Assembly: GCA_046331705.1 (NCBI GenBank)
Contig: JAXLQJ010000005.1
Location: forward strand, 124,001-188,000
Direction of reading: 5' to 3'
DNA from: a bacterium
GTDB lineage: Bacteria; JADJOY01
Length of the DNA stretch: 64,000 nt
Shown here: piece by piece, positions 18,459 through 28,576 of the stretch
How positions within the stretch are numbered: position 1 is the first letter of the stretch
Layout of the letters: the number at the start of each line of letters is the position of its first letter
Translations under genes and position numbers: made by a program
Notes under the pieces: model-generated
Database searches by the model: none
Told to the model about the DNA's origin: nothing
The model's input: only the letters and a program-made list of their open reading frames with translations

Positions 18459-19613
18459 ATGCCCAACGCACCCTCGCCCGCCACGCCCGAAGCCGCGGCG
18501 CTCACCTTCGAGCGCCCCGAGCACGAGACGTTGCTCGTGCGCCTCGCGGGCCGCTGGCAGATCACCGCGCCGCGCCCCAGCGCGGATGCCGTGCTGAGCG
18601 AGGCCGCGCGCGTTCCGACGCGACGACTCGCCTTCGACGGGAGCGCGCTGGTGGGCTGGGACACCGCCATCCTCACCTTCCTCGCCCGCGTCGAGGAGCT
18701 CGCGCGAGCGCGCTCGCTCACGATCGACCGGGGCGGGTTGCCGGACGGCGTCAATCGGCTCCTGGCGCTCGCCGAGACCGTGCCGGAGAAGAAAGGCGCC
18801 CGCGCCGACACTCAGCGCAAGCCATGGCTCGAGCGGGTCGGCCTGGCGGCGCTGGCGACGTTCGACGGCACCGTCGCATTCGTGCGCTTCGTCGGCGAGG
18901 CCACCATCGCCGCCTCACGCTTGGTGCGCTTCCAGGCGCGCTTCCGGCCTTCGGACTTCTGGTTGGTCGTGCAGGAATGCGGCGCGCAAGCCCTGCCGAT
19001 CGTCACGCTCATCAGCTTCTTGGTGGGCCTGATCATGGCGTTCGTGGGCTCCGTCCAGCTCGAGCTGTTCGGCGCTTCGATCTACGTGGCCAACCTGGTG
19101 GCGATCGCGATGGCGCGCGAGATGGCCGCGATGATGACCGCGATCATCATGGCGGGCCGCACCGGCGCCGCGTTCGCCGCCCAGCTCGGCACCATGAAGG
19201 TCACCGAGGAGCTCGACGCGCTCAGCACGATGGGTCTCGATCCCATCGAGTTCCTGGTGCTGCCGCGCATGCTCGCGCTCAGCCTGATGATGCCGTTGCT
19301 CGCGATCTACGCGAACGTCGTGGGCATGATCGGCGGCGCGGTCGTGGGCATCGGCATGCTGGGGCTGGCGCCCGCGCTCTACTGGGACCAGACCGTCGGT
19401 GCCGTCACCCTCACGCATTTCGGCACCGGGCTCGTGAAGGCGGTGATCTTCGGAGTGATCGTGGCGATCTGCGGCTGTCTGCGCGGGATGCAATGCGGCA
19501 CCAGCGCATCCTCGGTGGGGGAAGCGGCGACCTCGGCCGTGGTGACCTGCATCGTGCTCATCGTCGTCACCGACGGGCTCTTCGCGGTGATCTTCAACGT
19601 CCTCGGCGTGTGA
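18459..19613 (+). CDS. mlaE: MlaE-family ABC permease with N-terminal STAS-like domain
   Basis: REMAAMMTAIIMAGRTGAAFAAQLGTMKVTEELDAL; SVGEAATSAVV. Confidence 0.9.
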   Translation: MPNAPSPATPEAAALTFERPEHETLLVRLAGRWQITAPRPSADAVLSEAARVPTRRLAFDGSALVGWDTAILTFLARVEELARARSLTIDRGGLPDGVNRLLALAETVPEKKGARADTQRKPWLERVGLAALATFDGTVAFVRFVGEATIAASRLVRFQARFRPSDFWLVVQECGAQALPIVTLISFLVGLIMAFVGSVQLELFGASIYVANLVAIAMAREMAAMMTAIIMAGRTGAAFAAQLGTMKVTEELDALSTMGLDPIEFLVLPRMLALSLMMPLLAIYANVVGMIGGAVVGIGMLGLAPALYWDQTVGAVTLTHFGTGLVKAVIFGVIVAICGCLRGMQCGTSASSVGEAATSAVVTCIVLIVVTDGLFAVIFNVLGV

Positions 19614-19633
19614 AGGCACGGGCTCCCGCGACC

Positions 19634-20428
19634 ATGTCCCCCACCGCTTCCGAGGCCGCAGCCCAGTCGCGACCGCCGCACATCGAGGTGCGCGGGCTGA
19701 CGATGGCCTACGGCAGCTTCGTCCTGATGCGCGACGTCACGTTCACCGTGCGCCGCGGCGACATCTTCATCATCATGGGCGGCTCGGGGTGCGGGAAGAG
19801 CACGCTGCTCAAGTACCTGATCGGCTTGAAGGAGACGACCATCGGCGAGATCTGGTACGGCGCCGACAACTTCTCGAGCGCCGATCCGACGCTCAAGGCC
19901 GCGATCCAGCGTCGCTTCGGCGTCCTCTACCAGAAGGGCGCGCTCTTCAGCTCGATGACGCTCGCCGAGAACGTGATGCTGCCGCTCGGCGAGTACACGG
20001 ACCTGAGCCCGCGCGACATGCGCGAGGTCGCCGACCTGAAGCTCGCGCTCGTGGGCCTCAAGGGCTTCGAGGACTTCTTCCCCAGCCAGATCAGCGGCGG
20101 CATGCAGAAGCGCGCCGCGTTGGCGCGCGCCATGGCGCTCGACCCGGAGGTGCTCTTCTTCGACGAGCCGTCGGCGGGCCTGGACCCGATCAGCTCGAAG
20201 CTCTTGGACGACTTGATCCTGGAGCTTCGGGACAGCCTGGGCGCCACGGTGGTGATCGTCACCCACGAGCTGGCGAGCATCTTCGCGATCGGCGACAACT
20301 CGATCTTCCTCGAGCCCGAGGCGCGGACGATCATCGCTCGCGGGCACCCGCGAACGCTGCTCGCCGAGTGCGACGACCCGCGCGTGCGCCGCTTCCTCAC
20401 CCGCGGCGGCGCCGAAGCCGCGGCCTGA
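19634..20428 (+). CDS. mlaF: MlaF-family ABC ATPase
   Basis: GGSGCGKST, ISGGMQKR, FFDEPSAGLDP, VTHE; alternative GTG start at 19610. Confidence 0.9.
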   Translation: MSPTASEAAAQSRPPHIEVRGLTMAYGSFVLMRDVTFTVRRGDIFIIMGGSGCGKSTLLKYLIGLKETTIGEIWYGADNFSSADPTLKAAIQRRFGVLYQKGALFSSMTLAENVMLPLGEYTDLSPRDMREVADLKLALVGLKGFEDFFPSQISGGMQKRAALARAMALDPEVLFFDEPSAGLDPISSKLLDDLILELRDSLGATVVIVTHELASIFAIGDNSIFLEPEARTIIARGHPRTLLAECDDPRVRRFLTRGGAEAAA

Positions 20429-20465
20429 ACCGATCCCGCCAATCCGCCGCGAGAAAGCTCAAGCC

Positions 20466-21419
20466 ATGGGAAAGAAGGCCAACCCCACCCTGATCGGCGC
20501 GTTCGTCGTGGGCGCCGTGGTGCTGACGGTGACCGGCATCCTGGTGTTCGGCTCGGGACGCCTGTTTCGCACCACCTATCCGTTCGTCCTCTACTTCGAC
20601 AGCAACGTGAACGGGTTGCGCATCGGCGCGCCGGTCAAGTTCAAGGGCGTCGAGATCGGCTCGGTCACCCAGATCCGCCTACGCCTCGACCAGTCGGAGC
20701 GCGACACCCACATCCCGGTGCTGGTCGAGATCGACGACGACAAGCTCAAGTCCGCCGGCGTCACCGGCGACTTCGGCGATCGTCGCGTGATGGCGAAGGC
20801 CGTCGAGCTCGGGCTGCGTGGCCGGCTCGAGATGGAGAGCTTCGTCACCGGTGTGCTCTACGTCTACCTCGACTACTACCCCGACACCGCCGCCAACCTC
20901 GTGGCGCAATCGGGGCAGCTCCAAGAGATCCCGACCCTGCCCACCCAGCTCGAGCAGGTGCAAAACGCCGTGCGCGAGGTGCTGAATCGCCTCGACAAGA
21001 TCGACTTCCACGGCCTCGTCGAGCAGCTCACCCACACCGCGGATGCCATCAGCGGGCTGGCTCGCTCCTCGGAGATCCGCACGGCGCTCGATTCGCTCAA
21101 CCAGACGATGGGCTCGATCCGCCAGTTCGCCGACACCCTCAACGCCAACGTCGGGCCGCTCGCCCAGAGCGTCGTGGGCACGGCGCAGAGCCTGCAGGCC
21201 ACCGCCGAGCGCACGCTGGCCGTCGAGGCGGAGCTGCGCGACACGCTGCGCAACGTGAAGACCTTGGTCGATCCCGCCTCGCCGCTCGCGTACGAGCTGA
21301 AGGACGCGCTTCAGAGCCTCGGCCAGGCGTCCCAGGCCGTGCGCATTCTCGCCGACTATCTGCAGCGCAATCCGAACGCCATCGTCGTGGGCCGACCGCC
21401 CGAGAGGAGCACGCCGTGA
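20466..21419 (+). CDS. mlaD: MlaD/MCE (PqiB-like) substrate-binding protein
   Basis: N-terminal TM; GLRIGAPVKFKGVEIGSV MCE motif; helical tail ending LADYLQRNPNAIVVG. Confidence 0.88.
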   Translation: MGKKANPTLIGAFVVGAVVLTVTGILVFGSGRLFRTTYPFVLYFDSNVNGLRIGAPVKFKGVEIGSVTQIRLRLDQSERDTHIPVLVEIDDDKLKSAGVTGDFGDRRVMAKAVELGLRGRLEMESFVTGVLYVYLDYYPDTAANLVAQSGQLQEIPTLPTQLEQVQNAVREVLNRLDKIDFHGLVEQLTHTADAISGLARSSEIRTALDSLNQTMGSIRQFADTLNANVGPLAQSVVGTAQSLQATAERTLAVEAELRDTLRNVKTLVDPASPLAYELKDALQSLGQASQAVRILADYLQRNPNAIVVGRPPERSTP

Positions 21420-22081
21420 CCCCAGCGCCGTCATCCAGTCGACACCCGCGCGGGTCCGCCGCAGGGCCTCGCGCGCTGCTCGGCCTCGTCGCCGCGGCGA
21501 GCCTGACGGCCGCGGGCTGCGGTCTGTCGGCATTCGCGGCGAAGCCGGACCCCACGCGTTTCTTCGTTCTGGCGGCGGCGCCCGCGACCGCGCCCGCCGG
21601 CGCTCTCGATCCGAGCCGCACCCTCGGGCTCGGCCCCATCGACATCCCGAGCTACCTCCAACGCCCCGAGCTGGTGGTGCGCGAGAGCGCCACCGAGATC
21701 CGTCCTTCCTCGTTCGATCGCTGGAGCGAGTCGCTCGACAAGGGCATCGCGCGAGTGCTCGCTCAGGACCTCTCGACCCGGCTCGGGCTCGATCGCGTGA
21801 CGCCCTACCCCTGGTATGCCACTCAGGAACCGACCTACCAGGTACGCATCGATCTGCGCTCGTTCGAGGCCACGGCGAAAGGCGAGATCCAGTTGAGCGC
21901 GCGCTGGGACGTGAAGCGGCTCGGCGGCGACGGACCGCGCATCCAGCGCGACAGCGTGCTCGCACCTCGCGCCGCCGGCACCGACACGCGCGAGATCGTG
22001 GCCGCGCTCAGCGCCGCGCTCGGGCAGCTCGCCGACGAGATCGCCACCGCCGTCGCCACCCTCGACGCAGGTCATCGCTGA
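21416..22081 (+). CDS. PqiC-family ABC-transport auxiliary lipoprotein
   Basis: Lipobox-like AAGC; LGPIDIPSYLQRPELV, DRWSESL signatures; GTGA overlap with mlaD. Confidence 0.82.
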   Translation: MTPAPSSSRHPRGSAAGPRALLGLVAAASLTAAGCGLSAFAAKPDPTRFFVLAAAPATAPAGALDPSRTLGLGPIDIPSYLQRPELVVRESATEIRPSSFDRWSESLDKGIARVLAQDLSTRLGLDRVTPYPWYATQEPTYQVRIDLRSFEATAKGEIQLSARWDVKRLGGDGPRIQRDSVLAPRAAGTDTREIVAALSAALGQLADEIATAVATLDAGHR

Positions 22082-22288
22082 CGCGGCGCGCCCCGTGCCG
22101 GGCGCGCTCCGGGCCATGCGACGATCGGGTCGGGCGGCTCGCCCGCGCGCCCGCACGGCCGCCGGATCGCCCGCTCGCACGACCTTGGCACGAATCCGAT
22201 TTCATTGCCCATTTTCGTCAACCACTTGACGAAATCGGTCGTTTTGAACGGGCCACCGCGGGGGTGCCGGCGCCCAACCATCGGATTT

Positions 22289-22309
22289 TGTTGACAATCG
22301 ATATCAACA
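22289..22309. promoter_or_regulatory. Palindrome TGTTGA-N9-TCAACA containing a TTGACA -35 hexamer
   Basis: TGTTGACAATCGATATCAACA in an AT-rich patch upstream of the FHA-EAL gene. Confidence 0.4.
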
Positions 22310-22473
22310 GTTGCCGTGTGCTCTCCGGCACGCTTCTTGTGAAGCCCTAGCTTGGCGCACACGGATCGATCCGCTTCGGATCTCGGCCACGGGTGGTCGC
22401 TGCGCGGTTCCGCTCCCGGACCCGCAGGCCATTCACGCCCCGCTCGGATGCGGTTCTCACCGGATCGACACCG

Positions 22474-23790
22474 ATGACCACCCCCGAACCCCACCGCCCC
22501 ATGTCGCGATTGACCTCCGTCAGCCACACCGCCCGCTATCAGGTCGCGCTCACCCAGAGCGAGCGTCGCGAGCCCACGCTCACGCTGGTGCGCGGTCCCG
22601 GCATGGGGCGGGTTTTCCCGCTCCTGCCCAGCAAGCGCAGCTACGTGCTGGGGCGCGAGTCCACGTGTGATCTCTTCGTGGACGACCATACGGTGTCGCG
22701 CAGCCACGCGCGCTTCGACGTGCGCCAGGTCGACGGGCTCGACATCGTCGTACGCATCCGGGATCTCGGCAGCACCAACGGCACCTGGCTCAACGGCCAG
22801 CGCATCCAGGAAGCCATCGTCAACGCCGGAGACAAGATCCACGTGGGCGAGGTGATCCTGCGCTTCGACCTGCTCGACAACATCGATCGGGGATTCGCGT
22901 TCCGCGCCGCTGCCGGGGAGTCGCCGACACGCCGCAGCGACCCCCAGATCGAGGCGACCTTCCAGCGCGCCATCGCCGGGATCTGGCTCGCCTACCAGCC
23001 GATCGTGAGCTGGGTGGACCGCCGCATCATCGGCTGGGAAGCGCTGCTGCGCGCCGAGGAGCCCGGGCTCTCGGACCCGCATTCGCTGATCGCCCTCGCC
23101 GAGCGGCTGGGGCGAGTCTGGGAGGTCGGCCGGATCGCGCGCGCGCGGGCCGCCGACGCCGCCGCCGAGCTGCCGCCCGGCACGATGCTCTTCGTCAACC
23201 TGCATCCCAGCGACATCCGCGACGACGATCTCTACCAGCCCACCAGCCCGCTCTCGCGGGTCGCGCACCGCGTGGTCCTCGAGATCACCGAGCGCGCGTC
23301 GCTGGACGGCGTCAACGACCTCGACCACCGCGTCGCGCGGCTGCGGCGGCTCGGCTTCCAGATCGCCGTGGACGACCTGGGCGCGGGCTACGCCGCGCTG
23401 AGCGTGTTCGCCCAGCTCTCGCCCGAGATCGTCAAGATCGACATGGGGATCGTGCGCGACGTGCACAAGAGCCCCACCAAGGCCCGCGTGATCCGCTCGC
23501 TCGCCGACATGTGTCGCGACATGGGCGTGCGCATGATCGTGGAAGGCGTCGAGACCATCGAGGAGCAGCAGAAGGTGATCGAGCTCGGCTGCGATCTGCT
23601 CCAGGGTTACCTCTTCGCCAAGCCGGTGCGCGATCTGCCCGGCACCGAGACCCGCGTGTGCCGCTGGCCGAACGGCGAGTTCCCCGCGGAGGTCGCCGAG
23701 ACCGACCTCATGCGCGCCCGCGAGACCGACGAGCCCGAAGACCGGGATGCGCGGGGGCCGGCGGAGCTCTCCGCGGGCCTCTCGTCCTGA
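22474..23790 (+). CDS. FHA-domain + EAL c-di-GMP phosphodiesterase
   Basis: FHA: LGRE..VSRSHA..DLGSTNGTWLNG. EAL: YQPI, EALLR, VNL, EITE, DDLGAG, KID, EGVE, QGYLF. Start uncertain. Confidence 0.88.
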   Translation: MTTPEPHRPMSRLTSVSHTARYQVALTQSERREPTLTLVRGPGMGRVFPLLPSKRSYVLGRESTCDLFVDDHTVSRSHARFDVRQVDGLDIVVRIRDLGSTNGTWLNGQRIQEAIVNAGDKIHVGEVILRFDLLDNIDRGFAFRAAAGESPTRRSDPQIEATFQRAIAGIWLAYQPIVSWVDRRIIGWEALLRAEEPGLSDPHSLIALAERLGRVWEVGRIARARAADAAAELPPGTMLFVNLHPSDIRDDDLYQPTSPLSRVAHRVVLEITERASLDGVNDLDHRVARLRRLGFQIAVDDLGAGYAALSVFAQLSPEIVKIDMGIVRDVHKSPTKARVIRSLADMCRDMGVRMIVEGVETIEEQQKVIELGCDLLQGYLFAKPVRDLPGTETRVCRWPNGEFPAEVAETDLMRARETDEPEDRDARGPAELSAGLSS

Positions 23791-23845
23791 GCGGCGGCTG
23801 CACGCCCGCGCCGCATCGGCGCGAGGACGCTCGGCCCGCTTCGGG

Positions 23846-25252
23846 TCAGGCGGCGATCGCCGCCCGCAAACGCTCCAGCTCACCGGCGTGGGTGCGCACC
23901 ACCATGCGGGTGCCGTGCTCCTCGTAGGACTCGGAGAGCACCCGACAGCGCGCGTGCACCTCCGAGACCCAGCGCGCCTTCGTGTACGGCACGAAGACGT
24001 CGCCGTCCACCATCCCGCGCTCGAAGAACTCGACGATGCGCCTCCGCACCCGCTCCACGTCCGCACTGCGCTTCGCCGACACGACCAGCGCATCCGGAAA
24101 CTCGGCGGCGCACGCTTGGCGCGCGGCGTCGTCCAGCCGATCGGCCTTGTTGAGCAGCACCAGCTCCGGCGAGTCGCCGGCCTCGAGCTCGCGCAGAACG
24201 CCGCGCGTCACCTCCATGTGCTGACGAAACACGGGGTCCGATGCATCCACCACGTGCAACACGAGTGACGCCTCGCGCGCCTCGGCGAGCGTCGAGCGAA
24301 ACGACGCGACCAGCGCGTGCGGCAGCTTCTTGATGAAGCCAACCGTATCGCTCACCAGGATGCGCGGACGCGTCTCCGGGTGGAGGGCTCGCACCGTGGT
24401 GTCGAGGGTCGCGAAGAGCTTGTCCTCCACCAGCACCCCGCTGCCCGTGAGCAAGCGCATCCACGACGACTTGCCGGCGTTGGTGTAGCCGACCAGCGCG
24501 ACGGTCGCCTGCCGCGCACGGCGATCGCGGCGCGTCGCCGCCTGCTGCTCGATGACCTCGAGCTCGGCGCGCAGCTCGGCGATCCGATCGCGGATCTTGC
24601 GGCGATCCAGCTCGACGTAGGCTTCGCCGGCGCCCTTCCCACCCACCCCGCCCTTCTGGCGATCCTTGCCGATGCCGCTCTCGCGCACCCGCGGCGCCTG
24701 ATAGGTGAGCCGCGCGATCTCCACCTCGAGCGCCGCCTCGCGGCTGCGCGCGTGGCGCCGGAAGATCGCGAGGATCACCGAAGTGCGATCCAGGATCTCG
24801 GCGCCGGTGGCGCGCTCGAGATTGCGCGCCTGGGAAGGCGAGACGTCGTGGTCGAGGATCACGACCGAGGCCTTCTCGCGCGGCGGCGCGGCGGACGGGG
24901 CCTCGTGCGCTTCCCCCTCGTCGAGGTCCTCGGCGTCCGGCTCCTCGACCGGCTCGTCGACCTCGTGCTCGCGCTCCTCCGCCGCGGCGTCCTTGCTCCG
25001 GCGCTTGGGCGGGCCGATCGGGACCACGCCGGTGCCACCGGTCCAGCGCGCGAGCTCCCGCAGCTTGCCCGCGCCGACCACCGCCGAGGCGGCGAGCGAC
25101 GCGCGTCGCTGCGTCACGCGCCCCACCACGCGAACCCCGAGCGTCTTGGCGAGCCGCGCCAGCTCTTCCAGCGACGACTCGAACTCCTCGTCGGAAACGC
25201 CCGAAAGCTGGACGCCGACCAGCACTCCCACTTGCTGCGCGTTCGCGGACAT
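23846..25252 (-). CDS. hflX: GTPase HflX
   Basis: SPSQARNLE, DRT.VILAIF..HAR, GYTNAGKSS, LFATLDTT, DTVGFI, FRSTL, NKAD; acidic insertion in the N-domain. Confidence 0.93.
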   Translation of the reverse strand: MSANAQQVGVLVGVQLSGVSDEEFESSLEELARLAKTLGVRVVGRVTQRRASLAASAVVGAGKLRELARWTGGTGVVPIGPPKRRSKDAAAEEREHEVDEPVEEPDAEDLDEGEAHEAPSAAPPREKASVVILDHDVSPSQARNLERATGAEILDRTSVILAIFRRHARSREAALEVEIARLTYQAPRVRESGIGKDRQKGGVGGKGAGEAYVELDRRKIRDRIAELRAELEVIEQQAATRRDRRARQATVALVGYTNAGKSSWMRLLTGSGVLVEDKLFATLDTTVRALHPETRPRILVSDTVGFIKKLPHALVASFRSTLAEAREASLVLHVVDASDPVFRQHMEVTRGVLRELEAGDSPELVLLNKADRLDDAARQACAAEFPDALVVSAKRSADVERVRRRIVEFFERGMVDGDVFVPYTKARWVSEVHARCRVLSESYEEHGTRMVVRTHAGELERLRAAIAA

Positions 25253-25598
25253 GCCCCGCAAGATGGGCCGCCGCCCACCCCCGGGCAACCCCTCGAACCC
25301 CTCGAACCTCGAGCTCGTCGAGCGCGCGAGCGCGTGGACGCTCTCGGCTCCTCGGAGGATCCGGCGCCACGAGGTGACCGCTCCGGCTCGCTGGGACCTC
25401 GGCGACTCGCTCCGGATCCCTTCGTGTCGAAGCTCGGAGGGCTGCCTCCGCGGCGTCGACCCGTGCTCGCATTCGCGTGGTCGGGGCCTCCGGGGACCGC
25501 TGTCTTCCCGCCGCAATCCTCTACATACTTCCGCAGCTCGGCCGCGCCCTGAGCGGTCCGCGATGACGCGCAGCTCGGGTGTAGGCGATGCGAGCGTC

Positions 25599-28505
25599 AT
25601 GCGCGTCTCTCGGCTCGTCACCCGAATCGCGATCGGTGTCGCGCTCTGCGCAGCGGCACCCGCGATCAGCGACGCCCAACAGCCGAGACACGAGACGGCG
25701 GCGCTCGAGCAGCAGCTCGCGGCGACCACCGGCACCGCCCGCATTCCGGTGCTTCTCGAGCTCGCAGCGCGCAAGCGCGACCAGCCCGGAGACGTGATTC
25801 GGCTCGCCGACGAGGCGATCACGCTGCTCGCCCTCCGACCTTCGGTGGTCGACGAAGTGGCGGCGCGCAGCGCCCGCAGTTACGCGCTACAGGCACAGGG
25901 CGATTACCCGGCGGCGCTCGCGGAAGCGCAGCGGGCCGAACGTGCCGCGCGCATGACAAGGGACGACGCGCTGCTCGGCGAAGCGCTCTACCACGTGGGA
26001 CTCGCCGAGTGGCGAATGGCGCGCTATTCGGAAGCGCTCGAGCACGCCGAGCAGGCCCGCAGCCTCCAGTCGCGGCGCGGCGACTCGGTGGCCCTGGTGC
26101 GCACGCTCAACCTGATCGGCGGAGTTCACCACTCGGAGGGCAGCCTCGACGCCGCGCTCGAGAGCTATCTCACCGCGCTGCGCGCGAGCGAGGCGATCGG
26201 TGACGAGCAATCGGCTGCGCGCTCACACAACAACATCGGGCTCGTCTACTGGGATCTCAAGCGCAACCAGGAGGCGCTCACCGCGCTCGAGCGGGCGCTC
26301 GCGATCCACGAGCGCGTGGGCCCGCTCGAGAACCTCGCGAACACGCTCAACAACGTGGGCATGGTGCTGCTCGAGCTCGGCCGCCCCCTCGAGGGCATCC
26401 CGTATCTGGAGCGCGCACTGGCGCTGGATCGGGAATCCGGGAACCTGTTCGGGCAAGCCAAGGACCTGAGCAACCTCGGCTGGGCGCAACAGGCGCTCCA
26501 CGAGCCGGCGCGGGCGATCGCGTTCCACGAGCAGGCGCTCGCGCTGCGAGAGCACATCGGAGACAAGGACGGAATCGTGCGCACCACGGGCGCGATCGCC
26601 GCAGTCCGGCTCGAACGCGGCGAGACCGCGGCCGCCATCGCCCTTCACGAGCAGGCGATCGCTCTCGCCGAGGAGATCGGCGATCGGCTGGACCAGATCG
26701 CGCAGCTCGAGGCGCTCGCGAAAGCCCGTGAGGTGGCTGGCGACTCGAGCGGTGCGCTGGCCGCGTATCGCCGATTTCACGAGTTGCAGACCACACTCGA
26801 CGACGAGCGCTCGAAGCGCCACGTCGCCGAGCTCGAAGCGCACTATCGACTGCGGGAGCGCGAGCACGAGCTGGCGGCAGCCGAGCAGCTCGCCGCATCG
26901 CGCAGCACGCAGCTTCGCTGGCTCTGGGCCGGTAGCGGCCTGCTCGGTGGCAGCCTCGTGCTGCTCGGTGTCCTCTACACGCTGCGAGGCCGAGCGCAGC
27001 GCGCCCTCGCCGAGTCCGAACAGCGCTACCGCGCGCTCTTCCAGAGCTCGGTCGTGCCAACCTTTCTGATCGAGAGCGGCACGCGCCGCGTGCTCGACCT
27101 CAACGATCCCGCCCGAGCCCTGTGCGGCGGACGATCGGCGGCGACGACGCAGACGATCGACACCCTCGAGCCGCAGTGGATTCGCCAGGCGCTGTGCCGC
27201 GCGCTCGACACGGCCACGGTGGGCGAGCCGCTCGCCGTGGACGACTGCGCGAGCGAGCCCTCGGGCCAAACCCGCTGGACCGAGATCCGCGGCAGCGCGG
27301 TGGCGCTCTCCGGCCGTGCGTGCCGACTGGTGAGCATCCGCGACATCACCAAGTCGCGCATTCAGGAGGAGGCGCTTCAGCGCGACGCCAAGATGCAATC
27401 GCTCGGCGCCCTCGCCGGAGGCATCGCCCACGACTTCAACAACGCGCTCACCGGAATCATCGGCCACGTGTCGCTGGCACGGGAAGGCGAGCCGCATGAG
27501 CGGGCGGAGATGCTCGATCTCGCGGAGAAGGCGGCGCTCGGCGCGCGCCGCCTCACCAATCAACTGCTCGCGTTCGCTCGTGGAGGGCAACCCGCGCGCC
27601 GCCCCACCAACACCGGACGGCTCCTCCGCGACGCCGTGGCGCTGGCCGGGGCCGGCTCGCACATGCGCGTGGACTACGAGATCCCCGACGACCTGTGGCC
27701 CGCTCACGTCGACGCCAGCCAGTTCAGCCAGGTCGTCAGCAATCTCGTCGTCAACGCGCAGCAGGCGACCGCCCAGGGTGGGCGGCTGGTGGTCCGCGCG
27801 TCGAATTGCCAGAGCGCTCCCGTGAATGGCGGCACGACGGACGAGTCACGCTACGTACGGATCGATTTCGAGGACAACGGCAGCGGCATCGCTGACGACA
27901 TCCGCGGCCGCGTCTTCGATCCGTACTTCACCACCAAGAGTGGCAACAACGGTCTCGGGCTCACGACCGCGTTCACGATCTGCCGCAACCACGGGGGCGC
28001 GCTGACGTTCACCTCGCGGGTCGGCGAGGGCACGACGTTCAGCGCGTACTTCCCGGCAGCGAGCGAGCCCGTCGCCGAGCCGGCGGCGCCACCTGCGGCA
28101 CGCCCGGTCGGTATCGGCAGCATCCTCGTGCTGGACGACGAGCCGCTGGTCCGAAACGTCCTGAAGCGCATGCTCGAGCAATGGGGCTACACCGTCGAAA
28201 CGGTCGCCGACGGGCGTGCGGCGGTGGAGCGCTACGCCGAGCGCTTGGAGCGCGGCGCCCCATTCGATCTCCTGATCATGGACCTCACCATTCCCGGCGG
28301 CATGGGCGGCCGGCAGGCGATCACCGAGATCCTCGCGATCGATCCGCGAGCGCGCGCCGTGGTCGCGAGCGGCTACTCCGATGACCCGACGATGTCCCAG
28401 TATCGGGAGGCGGGCTTCATCGCCGCCCTCGCCAAGCCGTTCCGCAAGGCCGAGCTGGCGCAAATCCTCGAAGCCGCGATGCCGAGTCCCTCTGCCCCGA
28501 GCTGA
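25599..28505 (+). CDS. Hybrid sensor histidine kinase: exported TPR sensor, TM, PAS, HisKA, HATPase, receiver
   Basis: Signal peptide; repeated A..xNNxG TPR units; TM; LAGGIAHDFNNAL; NLVVNA, DNGSG, FDPYFTTK, GLGL; REC ILVLDDE..MDL..AKP. Confidence 0.9.
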   Translation: MRVSRLVTRIAIGVALCAAAPAISDAQQPRHETAALEQQLAATTGTARIPVLLELAARKRDQPGDVIRLADEAITLLALRPSVVDEVAARSARSYALQAQGDYPAALAEAQRAERAARMTRDDALLGEALYHVGLAEWRMARYSEALEHAEQARSLQSRRGDSVALVRTLNLIGGVHHSEGSLDAALESYLTALRASEAIGDEQSAARSHNNIGLVYWDLKRNQEALTALERALAIHERVGPLENLANTLNNVGMVLLELGRPLEGIPYLERALALDRESGNLFGQAKDLSNLGWAQQALHEPARAIAFHEQALALREHIGDKDGIVRTTGAIAAVRLERGETAAAIALHEQAIALAEEIGDRLDQIAQLEALAKAREVAGDSSGALAAYRRFHELQTTLDDERSKRHVAELEAHYRLREREHELAAAEQLAASRSTQLRWLWAGSGLLGGSLVLLGVLYTLRGRAQRALAESEQRYRALFQSSVVPTFLIESGTRRVLDLNDPARALCGGRSAATTQTIDTLEPQWIRQALCRALDTATVGEPLAVDDCASEPSGQTRWTEIRGSAVALSGRACRLVSIRDITKSRIQEEALQRDAKMQSLGALAGGIAHDFNNALTGIIGHVSLAREGEPHERAEMLDLAEKAALGARRLTNQLLAFARGGQPARRPTNTGRLLRDAVALAGAGSHMRVDYEIPDDLWPAHVDASQFSQVVSNLVVNAQQATAQGGRLVVRASNCQSAPVNGGTTDESRYVRIDFEDNGSGIADDIRGRVFDPYFTTKSGNNGLGLTTAFTICRNHGGALTFTSRVGEGTTFSAYFPAASEPVAEPAAPPAARPVGIGSILVLDDEPLVRNVLKRMLEQWGYTVETVADGRAAVERYAERLERGAPFDLLIMDLTIPGGMGGRQAITEILAIDPRARAVVASGYSDDPTMSQYREAGFIAALAKPFRKAELAQILEAAMPSPSAPS

Positions 28506-28542
28506 GCGTCCTGCACAACGTCAGCGACGAGAGCGCGCGCTC

Positions 28543-28576
28543 GGTACGTGCGGGCGGGGCACCCGCCGCACGTACC
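28543..28576. repeat. GC-rich inverted repeat (hairpin) downstream of the kinase gene
   Basis: GGTACGTGCG..CGCACGTACC arms with an inner GCGGG/CCCGC stem; no U-tract. Confidence 0.6.

Noticed and set aside
22186-22201. TGGCACG resembling a sigma54 -24 box upstream of FHA-EAL
   Set aside because: The -12 position reads CGAT rather than TTGC.
24705-25598. N-terminal extension of the kinase ORF, and similar extensions for ORFs called at 1321, 1755, 7658, 8256, 18449, 28381 and 56646
   Set aside because: The extensions overlap real neighbouring genes or RNA elements; true starts are downstream at signal peptides, RBSs or stop-start overlaps.
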